Origin: an uncultured Chthonomonadaceae bacterium
GTDB taxonomy: Bacteria; Armatimonadota; Chthonomonadetes; Chthonomonadales; Chthonomonadaceae
Reading direction: 5' to 3'
NCBI GenBank assembly: GCA_963835065.1
Contig: CAWIEK010000057.1
Span: forward strand, 32,001 to 96,000
Length of the DNA: 64,000 nt
How positions within the stretch are numbered: position 1 is the first letter of the stretch; the number at the start of each line of letters is the position of its first letter. The notes below the pieces were generated by a model, which saw only the letters and a program-made list of their open reading frames with translations, did not search any database and was not told the origin of the DNA. This document shows positions 49,850-57,524 of the stretch, one piece after another. The position numbers and the translations under genes are program-made.

Positions 49850-50367
49850 CTAGCCGCGCCCGGAAACGCCGGAGCCGCTGCCGCCGGAACCACCGTTCAT
49901 GGAACCGCCCATGCCGCTGCCGCCCATGCCGCCGCCGGAGCTGCTGCCGCCGGAACCGCTGCCGCTGCCACCCGAACCACCGGTGCCGGAGCCGCTGCCC
50001 GTATCATTGCCGGAACCACTGCCGGAACCACTGCCGGTATCGCTGCCGCTGCCGGAACCACTGCCCGACTGTCCGCTGCTGCTGGACTGTCCGCCACTTC
50101 CGCCGCTGCCTGACCGGCGGCTGCTTCCACCCGAACCGCCACTGCGCCGGGAAGTTCCGCTGCCCGTGCTGCTTCCGCCGGAACCGCTTGCCAGCCCGAG
50201 CCACCGGTTTGGCCCGAACCACTGCCCGTGCCGCCGCCCGAACCGCCGGTGCCCTGTCCGCCGGTGCCCTGTCCGCCACCATTGCCTGCATCCTGGGCGT
50301 ACAACGCCACCGGAATCGCTGCGACCAGGCCCATCCACAGAGCCGCCGTTAACCACCGTTTTCTCAT
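49850..50367 (-). CDS. Secreted Gly/Ser-rich low-complexity protein (frameshift near 50190)
   Basis: MRKRWLTAALWMGLVAAIPVALYA|QD then GGQGTGG repeats; continues in the 49850 frame to GVSGRG*; AGGAG RBS. Confidence 0.78.
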
Positions 50368-50537
50368 GATACATCTCCTGAGGGATCGAGGAGGCAGCCC
50401 GTCCAGAATTTATTTCTGAATGTTATGGAGGAAGGACTGCGCCCGTTGCGTATGTTCCCCGCGTGAGGTTACGCGAGTGACATACAAGAGACGGCGCAAC
50501 TATGGTTCTTGTTCGTAAGCCATTTATCTGTTAATAA

Positions 50538-51836
50538 ATGCGTATAATGAGTGACCCTGTACTCAGCAGTAAGATAGAGACCGGCATGAACACGCAAAGG
50601 TACGTGGACGTATTTACCGGTATGAAACCTCCAAACACCGGCGCCACTCCTGAAATTTCTTCACTCGAGAAATTCACTCTCCAGAAGAACGTTTCTGCTC
50701 ACGAGAACCTGGCGCCTAACACGGAATCCTGCGAAGCCGCCTCGCCACCTGCCCACGCTTACAGCGGGCGTTCGGGCGGGGAGGCGCTGTTGTCGGCGCT
50801 GGCGCTGATCCTGGCATTTACCCTGTTGCCGGCGCGTCATCCCGTCGGCGAACCGGCCACCCTGCTTTCCGTTGCCGAGTCCCCGCCACCTTTTGCTACA
50901 ACGCTGCCTCCCTCCGAAGCGAACCTTTCGCGCTTGCCGGGAAAAGGGGGCGCTGCCGTTCGTTCGCTTTTTGAGCCGGTTGTGGGCAGGGAAGCGAAAT
51001 ACGCGGCAGACTACGCCTCGCCCCTGCTCGACGTTGCGCGGGCGCACAACACGGATGCAGTAACGCTGGCGCAATTGAATGGGCTGTCCGGCAGCGTGGT
51101 TCGGGCCGGGCAGGTTTTGCGCCTTCCCTCCCGCTACATTGTCCCGTACAGTGTGCCGGAAGGGGTGGTGCTCAACATTCCCGAACGGGGCGTTTATCTG
51201 TTTCGCAAGGGACGCCTGCTGGCGCGTTACCCGGTGGCTATCGGCATGAGAACGTGGGAAACGCCCCTGGGCCGGTTCCGGCTGGTGCGTAAAGTCGTCA
51301 ATCCGACGTGGATACCGCCCAAAGTCATGGTGGAGCGGGAAGGCATTTCCAGCGCGGACGTGCCGCCGGGAAACGATAATCCTTTAGGAGATCGCTGGAT
51401 GGGCTGGAGCGCGCCCGAAGTGGGGTTTCACAGCACATTTGCCGTCCATACCATTGGTCATCTCGCTTCCCATGCCTGTGTGCGTATGTATCCCGAAGCG
51501 GCGCATCAATTGTTCGAGCGGACGTATTTGGGGATGCCTATTTATGCGGTCTACGAGCCGATCAAACTTGGCAAAAGCGGCAAGGACATTTATCTGAGCA
51601 TATCTCCCGACGTGTACCATTTGGGCCGGGTATCCCTGCAACAGGTGAAAAAGCGTCTCAAACAGGCGGGCGTGGCGAACAAGGTTGACGAGGCGGCGAT
51701 ACGGCAGATGCTGGCGCGACAGGACGGCTACCCGCGCCGCATTGCCCAACTGGACAAAAAAGCCTCAACGCCAACCGAGAAGCCTCCACACCTTGCGGCA
51801 GAAAGCGCTGCGCCACCAGTAAAGGCAATCCTTTAG
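50538..51836 (+). CDS. LysM plus L,D-transpeptidase (YkuD) protein (start uncertain)
   Basis: LAQLNGL..VVRAGQVLRLP; YPVAIG, NPTW, NPLG, GFHST...SHACVRM. Confidence 0.9.
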   Translation: MRIMSDPVLSSKIETGMNTQRYVDVFTGMKPPNTGATPEISSLEKFTLQKNVSAHENLAPNTESCEAASPPAHAYSGRSGGEALLSALALILAFTLLPARHPVGEPATLLSVAESPPPFATTLPPSEANLSRLPGKGGAAVRSLFEPVVGREAKYAADYASPLLDVARAHNTDAVTLAQLNGLSGSVVRAGQVLRLPSRYIVPYSVPEGVVLNIPERGVYLFRKGRLLARYPVAIGMRTWETPLGRFRLVRKVVNPTWIPPKVMVEREGISSADVPPGNDNPLGDRWMGWSAPEVGFHSTFAVHTIGHLASHACVRMYPEAAHQLFERTYLGMPIYAVYEPIKLGKSGKDIYLSISPDVYHLGRVSLQQVKKRLKQAGVANKVDEAAIRQMLARQDGYPRRIAQLDKKASTPTEKPPHLAAESAAPPVKAIL

Positions 51837-52426
51837 AAAGTGGGCAGGGCTGGGTACAGCGTGGCGAGGGTGTTCTGGTCGCGGACGGTAATGCGCCAGG
51901 CGTGTCCCATCTGGTGAACCGGGTACATCACGTCGCGGGGGTCGGAACTGTGCCCGTCCAGGCCGAGCGCATGGCCGAACTCATGGGCGGCAATGCAGGC
52001 GATATCGCTCGCGTTCCCCCGCCGCACTCCAATACGAACTTTCGCTGTTTCAAGCTTGCCGTCGCGGAATAAGGTATTGGTGTAGCCGTCATTGGTGGAT
52101 GGGTCGAAACGCGCGGTAATAGAAGCCCGCGCCGGATCGTCCACGACAATATAGCGCGTCATTCCGCGCGTTGCATTCAGCCAGGCATCGAAGCCGCGCC
52201 GCGCCCACTGTTCGCGGGCGGGACTATAGTTTGCATCGTGGGCAAAGGCGACAGCAACGGGAAAAGCAGGCCAAACAGCGCGATTACGCAAATGGGACGC
52301 ATAATTTACAGGAAGGACAGCGGCAGGAGCGCGCTTAACAGGAGGTGTCGTGGCTCCGATTATGGACAGGTTCATCAGTAAAACAGTGGCAGCGCCAGCA
52401 AATCGTATAATACTTTCGGGGTACAT
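51833..52426 (-). CDS. Matrixin-family (M10-like) zinc metalloprotease
   Basis: HEFGHALGLDGHS and Met-turn DVMYP. Confidence 0.88.
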   Translation of the reverse strand: MYPESIIRFAGAATVLLMNLSIIGATTPPVKRAPAAVLPVNYASHLRNRAVWPAFPVAVAFAHDANYSPAREQWARRGFDAWLNATRGMTRYIVVDDPARASITARFDPSTNDGYTNTLFRDGKLETAKVRIGVRRGNASDIACIAAHEFGHALGLDGHSSDPRDVMYPVHQMGHAWRITVRDQNTLATLYPALPTF

Positions 52427-52520
52427 GGATACCTCAAATATGGGTTAGGGGCAAGTAAGTCTTCTGCTGTATTATACGGTATTTAGACGCTTTTCCATAC
52501 CCATTTTTGAACACAAAATT

Positions 52521-54356
52521 ATGGAACAAACATCTTCTGAATTTAATTTTATGCCTGAGAGTGACAACGCCGTACCGGGGCAGGGAGTGAGCAATCCGCT
52601 TCCGCGCGCCGTGCAGCGCCCGAACTTCTATCAGCTTCTTGATGGCGAATGGCGTTTTGCCATTGACCTGAAAGACTGCGGCCTGCGCGAACACTGGTGC
52701 ATGGGGCACGAATACGAGCGCGGGGCGCATTGGCCCGGCTCCATCGAAACCCACATGGCTGCGGCGCGTCAGGAGCAGCAGCGCACTCCGGCCTGGCAGG
52801 ACAAGGTCATCGTCTGGTATGAGCGCGAGTTCACGCTGCCGGAGCCGTCCGCGCTGCCGCCGAACGGCATCTGGCAAATTACCTTCGGCGCGTGCGGCTA
52901 TGAAACCCGCGTCTGGCTCAACGGCAAACCGCTGCGCACCCTGGAAGGCGAGGAAGTCCATTATGGAGCCTACACCTCCTTCTCCTACGAATTGCCCCTC
53001 GAAACCCTGCGCCCCGTGAACCGCCTGACCGCGCGAATTGCCGATACGATGGACGCGGAGATTCCACGCGGCAAGCAGGAATCGCATGTGTACAAGCGCG
53101 GCGGCATCTGGTATCAGACGCATACCGGGGCTGTGCGCAGCGTGTGGCTGGAAACCGTCGAGCGCAACCGCCTGCGTTCCCGCGTGGGCGTCATCAGCCT
53201 GTTTGCGGACAGCCTCGTCCGCTTTCGCCTGACCACGTATATCCACGATCCGGGCCTGTATACGGTGCGCCTGAACATCTTTGCCGACGCAAAGGCAACA
53301 GAGCCGCTTGCCACCTCCGATTTTCCGCTGCGCCTGGAAGCGGGAGAAAAGCCGCAGCAGGTGATTATGGAAGTGCCCAACGCGCAAGCGTGGTCGCCCG
53401 ATAAGCCGCATCTGTATCGCCTTGTCGCCCAGCTCATTGACGCCAACGGCCATGCCGCGCAAATCGAAACGCGCTTCGGCCTGCGCAAAATCGAAGCGCG
53501 GGGCCGCCAGGTGTTTCTTAACAATGTCGCCACGTATCTGGACGGCATTTTGTACCAGCCGGGCGCGTCCACGTATGAGCAGATTGCCCGCCATTTGCGC
53601 GGCATCAAAGAATTGGGCTGTAATCTTGTCCGGGTCCACATTACGGGCGTGGACCCCCGCGTGTATACGCTTGCCGATGAAATGGGAATGTTGGTGTGGG
53701 TGGAAGTGCCCAGTCCGCACAGTTCCACGCCGCGCAGCCGGGAAAACCACCGAGCGGAACTGCTGCGCCTGCTGGCCCTGATTGAAACGCATCCATCCGT
53801 TGTGATCTGGAGCCTGTACAATGAGGACTGGGGCGCGCAGGACATTGCCACCAACCCGGATACGCGCCGCTACATCGTTGACCTTTACCACGATATGCGT
53901 CTGCATCATCCGCAATTTCTTGTTGTAGACAATGATGGCTGGCATCATGTGTCGTGCGAGGGGCGGCTGAAGTCCGACCTGCTCACCGCCCACCTGTACA
54001 CGCCCGATTTGAAACGCTGGAGCGAACTGCTCGATTGCTTTTCGGCAGGCGAAATGGAGGATGTGGCCGCAAACCCGCTTATCGTGGGCGATCCGTTCTT
54101 TTACCGGGGACAAACGCCCCTGATTGTCAGCGAGTGGGGCGGCTTCGGCTTTGCGGATTACGGCGGCCCGGAGGCGGGAGACGAGCGCGTGGAGCGCATA
54201 CGCGCCTTTAAGCAGGAACTGCGCCGCCATGCCATTGCGGGGGATGTGTATACGCAGGCGACGGATATTGAGGACGAATGTAACGGGCTGATAGACGCGA
54301 ACACGGGCGAACTCGCGGTTCCGCCCGGCCTGCTCGCGTCCCGCGCGACGGAGTAA
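52521..54356 (+). CDS. Glycoside hydrolase family 2
   Basis: LDGEWRF, VWLNG, RGKQ, HPSVVIWSLYNEDWG, VSEWGG. Confidence 0.9.
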   Translation: MEQTSSEFNFMPESDNAVPGQGVSNPLPRAVQRPNFYQLLDGEWRFAIDLKDCGLREHWCMGHEYERGAHWPGSIETHMAAARQEQQRTPAWQDKVIVWYEREFTLPEPSALPPNGIWQITFGACGYETRVWLNGKPLRTLEGEEVHYGAYTSFSYELPLETLRPVNRLTARIADTMDAEIPRGKQESHVYKRGGIWYQTHTGAVRSVWLETVERNRLRSRVGVISLFADSLVRFRLTTYIHDPGLYTVRLNIFADAKATEPLATSDFPLRLEAGEKPQQVIMEVPNAQAWSPDKPHLYRLVAQLIDANGHAAQIETRFGLRKIEARGRQVFLNNVATYLDGILYQPGASTYEQIARHLRGIKELGCNLVRVHITGVDPRVYTLADEMGMLVWVEVPSPHSSTPRSRENHRAELLRLLALIETHPSVVIWSLYNEDWGAQDIATNPDTRRYIVDLYHDMRLHHPQFLVVDNDGWHHVSCEGRLKSDLLTAHLYTPDLKRWSELLDCFSAGEMEDVAANPLIVGDPFFYRGQTPLIVSEWGGFGFADYGGPEAGDERVERIRAFKQELRRHAIAGDVYTQATDIEDECNGLIDANTGELAVPPGLLASRATE

Positions 54357-54691
54357 GGCTTCCTTCGGTATTCTTGTATTTTCAGTGGCGTTTGCAGGAT
54401 TGGGGCGAAATAGGCTAAAATGTTTGTGAGGAAGGCAGGAATGTAAGGATTTACGAAAACATTTGTCGAATAAGGCTGTCAAAGGAAGTGCGCCGCCGTC
54501 CGTTCCGGCTGCCGCGCTCTCTCGCCGCGCCCTTTCTGATTGTTTTTCGCTGCTCGTTCTCGCCTGAAACGGCTGTCCGAACGTTCACCTGCATGTTCTC
54601 GCGCCGTTTTGAAAAGGAACATTTTTCGAGGCACTGAACGCCGATAGGCGCGCTTGTGGCCTTGCCTGTCTCGCGCCAATGGAGGAACCGT

Positions 54692-55528
54692 ATGCTGATC
54701 TCTCGTTTTGCCCGCCTGGGCCTGACCCTGGCGACCCTGCTGACTGCGCTTGCGCTGTGGAGCCAGCCGGCCCATGCCTACAAAGCCTATGCCATGAAAG
54801 AAGGCAAGACGTGTAACTACTGTCATGCCGGCGGCGGCGGTACGCCCCGTAACTTCCGCGGCACGTATTACAAAACGCATGGCCTGTCCTTCGCGGATTT
54901 CGACAATCTGTATGAAGCGCGCCGCGCGGGCGTTACCGACCCGACGGCTATGGGCGTGGACGCCAAAGCCACCGTCGCGGGCTACCCGAACGTGAAAACG
55001 GACGTACCCGACATCCTGAAGTACACCATGAAAGACCTGGACGGCAACCCGGTCAACCTGGGACGCTATCAGGGCGATGTGATCATGATCGTCAACGTCG
55101 CGTCCAAGTGCGGCAACACGCCCCAGTACAAGGCGCTGCAAAAGATGTACGATGACAACAAGGACAAGGGCTTTGTCATTCTCGGCTTCCCGTCCAACGA
55201 CTTCGGCGGGCAGGAACCGGGCAGCGAAAAGGAAATCAAGCAGTTCTGCACCGACTTGTACAAAGTGACGTTCCCGATGTTCTCCAAAATCGTGGTCAAG
55301 GGCGACGACACGGCTCCGCTGTACAAGTACCTGCTCGATCCCAAAACCGATCCCAAGTTCGCCAAGCCCATTGACTGGAACTTCGCCAAGTTTCTCGTCA
55401 ATCGCAAGGGCGAAGTGATCGCGCGCTTTGCCGCCAAGACCACGCCGGATGATCCGTCCGTCACGAGCGCGGTGGCAAAAGCCCTCAAAGAAGCGAAGCC
55501 GGAAGATAAATCCCTCGGCGCTCAATAA
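54692..55528 (+). CDS. Exported monoheme cytochrome c (CxxCH) - glutathione peroxidase fusion
   Basis: Signal AHA|; CNYCH; VNVASKCGNTPQY, GFPSNDFGGQEPG, WNFAKFL; GGAGG RBS. Confidence 0.88.
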   Translation: MLISRFARLGLTLATLLTALALWSQPAHAYKAYAMKEGKTCNYCHAGGGGTPRNFRGTYYKTHGLSFADFDNLYEARRAGVTDPTAMGVDAKATVAGYPNVKTDVPDILKYTMKDLDGNPVNLGRYQGDVIMIVNVASKCGNTPQYKALQKMYDDNKDKGFVILGFPSNDFGGQEPGSEKEIKQFCTDLYKVTFPMFSKIVVKGDDTAPLYKYLLDPKTDPKFAKPIDWNFAKFLVNRKGEVIARFAAKTTPDDPSVTSAVAKALKEAKPEDKSLGAQ

Positions 55529-55537
55529 ACCAACCTG

Positions 55538-55611
55538 AAAATGCCTGTATTCGGTGTTCGGTGTTCGGACACTCCGGCATGTTCATGCTCCGGGGTGAAC
55601 ATAGTTCATGC
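55538..55611 (-). repeat. Family-C element
   Basis: Reverse-complement homolog of 45966-46037. Confidence 0.85.
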
Positions 55612-55636
55612 AGCCTCTCCTGTAAAAAGAAAGGGC

Positions 55637-55652
55637 TGTGACACACTTCACA
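55637..55652. promoter_or_regulatory. CRP-consensus site TGTGA-N6-TCACA
   Basis: TGTGAcacactTCACA, intergenic, about 150 bp upstream of 55805. Confidence 0.5.
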
Positions 55653-55804
55653 CTCCTGCTGTGACAGGTTCCAACGCTCAAATAACCAGGTTCGCGCATA
55701 ATAGAGTTGTCTCTTATGCGCGAACCTTGTTGTTCTTTTTGATGTTCGCTATTTGAAGTTTACCGTTTGACGCCATGCCGATTTGATTGAGGGAGTTTCA
55801 CGCG

Positions 55805-56182
55805 ATGCACCACACCACTGCCGAACCCAAAGCCCTGCTGCTTTCCAAAGAAGAGACTCTGGCCCTGCTGGATATGTGCCTGAACAGCGCCGTAGAAATG
55901 CGGGCCGCGCATGAGCAAGCGCTGATCAAGCTGGGAGACATGGCGCGCAGTTATCTGGCGGAAGACCGGGACGCGGAAGCGGCCTGCGCGCCCATCATTG
56001 CGCCCATTGTTTGCGCGCCAACGCCTGCGCCGGTTGTCTGCGCGCCACAAGCCGCGCCCGAAGTCCTCCATCCCGCTTACAACCAAACGCCCGCGCGCGT
56101 CGCCTTCTGGACCCAGTCTTCCATTCGCTCCCGCCTGCGCAGCCTTCCGCCGATGCCGGAAATGGAAGCGTGTCGGGGGTGA
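55805..56182 (+). CDS. Hypothetical protein
   Basis: GGGAG RBS; GTGA stop/start overlap with the next gene; APII/APIV/APVV repeats. Confidence 0.55.
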   Translation: MHHTTAEPKALLLSKEETLALLDMCLNSAVEMRAAHEQALIKLGDMARSYLAEDRDAEAACAPIIAPIVCAPTPAPVVCAPQAAPEVLHPAYNQTPARVAFWTQSSIRSRLRSLPPMPEMEACRG

Positions 56183-57096
56183 GGAGGAAGACACAAACCA
56201 TTTTTGACGCGGTGATGACACATAATGTCGTGCCGATGCGGGCGGAGCCGAACGGCGGGAGCGAACAGGTCAGCCAGGCGATTTGGGGCGACAATGTTTT
56301 GCGGCTGGCGGAAGAAGGCGAATTTGTACGCATACGCGGCGCGGACGCTTACGAGGGGTGGGTATGGCGGCGGCATCTGCGTCCGTTCGATCCCGCGTTG
56401 CCTTTTGAAGAGCAATGCTGGCCGTTCGGGCAGCAAATCGGGCAGGCCGTCTGCGTCACGTCGGATTTCGCCGTGTTGCGCGAACATGCCGGAAGCGACG
56501 CCCCGCCCGTGACAAAACTGGTGTTCGGAACGTGGGCGCAAGTCCCGCTGACGGAACGGCCACGAGAAGCCGAAGGACTGCTGATTCAACTGCCGACAGG
56601 ATATGGCGTGGAAGAAGCGAAGCGCGTACAGGCGGGCTATGTCGCCGGGGAAGCGGTAAGTTCTCTTGCGAATTGGCCTTACCCGCGCAAATGGGAGGGC
56701 GAAGCGGCCTGCCGATTGGCGCGTCGCTTTCTCGGCACTCCCTATCTGTGGGGCGGCACAACGCCGTTCGGCTTCGACTGTTCCGGTTTCGCGCAGCGCG
56801 TTTATTCCACGTTTGGCGTTGTCCTGCCGCGCGACGCTTACATGCAGGCCGAGAGCGTTTTGGGCGAACGACTTGCCCCGGACGTTCCCACGCAGGCGGG
56901 CGATCTGGTGTTCTTCGGCGGGCGCAGCGACCCGCGCAAGCGAGTCATCACGCACGTCGGCATAGCCCTCAACACCGCTTCCTTCATTCACGCAGTCGGC
57001 AAAGAAGGCGTCATCATCACGCCCTTCGACGATCCCTACTACTCTGCGCAGTACACTTATCACGGCGCATGGCGTTATCCCACATCTGTCAAGTAA
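56179..57096 (+). CDS. NlpC/P60 (C40) peptidase with SH3-like domains
   Basis: VSQAIWG, DAYEGWV; FLGTPYLWGG, FDCSGF, LPRDA, THVGI. Confidence 0.92.
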   Translation: MRRKTQTIFDAVMTHNVVPMRAEPNGGSEQVSQAIWGDNVLRLAEEGEFVRIRGADAYEGWVWRRHLRPFDPALPFEEQCWPFGQQIGQAVCVTSDFAVLREHAGSDAPPVTKLVFGTWAQVPLTERPREAEGLLIQLPTGYGVEEAKRVQAGYVAGEAVSSLANWPYPRKWEGEAACRLARRFLGTPYLWGGTTPFGFDCSGFAQRVYSTFGVVLPRDAYMQAESVLGERLAPDVPTQAGDLVFFGGRSDPRKRVITHVGIALNTASFIHAVGKEGVIITPFDDPYYSAQYTYHGAWRYPTSVK

Positions 57097-57207
57097 AACT
57101 TGCCCCTGTCACAAACCGAACCGGCCCCCGTTTTGAGAGAACGTTCCCGAAAAAGACAGCCCGGTGTTTTCAGCGCAGCAGCCGGGTTGATGGAGGTTCG
57201 TTTTCCC

Positions 57208-57372
57208 TTGACAATCACAATCAACCGTTCGCGTCCCATCCCCCAACGCCTGTTGTGGACGCGACTTTACCTGACCGCCTGCCTGCTTGTCAGTCTGGCC
57301 GCGCTCGTTCCCCCGCCCGCTCACGCGGGTACGGAAACGACGGGCGCTCCCCCGGCAGGACTGAAGAAGTAG
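57208..57372 (+). CDS. Short signal-peptide ORF (small secreted peptide or truncated gene)
   Basis: GGAGG upstream of TTG; LYLTACLLVSLAALVPPPAHA|GTETTGAPPAGLKK*. Confidence 0.4.
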   Translation: MTITINRSRPIPQRLLWTRLYLTACLLVSLAALVPPPAHAGTETTGAPPAGLKK

Positions 57373-57376
57373 GAGG

Positions 57377-57524
57377 AAGATATAAGATATAAGATATAAG
57401 ATATAAGCAGGACAGGCTTTTAGATTGCTCTGTGAAGCGGTTGCTTGTCGTCAAAAACATGCCACACAGTCCCCTGCAAGCTGCCATCCCAAACTTATAT
57501 CTTATATCTTATATCTTATATCTT
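57377..57524. repeat. Heptamer hairpin (AAGATAT)n...(ATATCTT)n
   Basis: 31-bp perfect inverted arms; right arm overlaps the aminopeptidase stop codon. Confidence 0.97.

Noticed and set aside
45288..50369. Pro-rich ORFs antisense to the Gly-rich genes
   Set aside because: These are shadow frames; the Gly-rich frames have an RBS and signal peptides or lipoboxes.
57097..57195. Riboswitch in the leader of the short ORF
   Set aside because: Only one hairpin (cagcccgg/ccgggttg) and no recognisable aptamer consensus.
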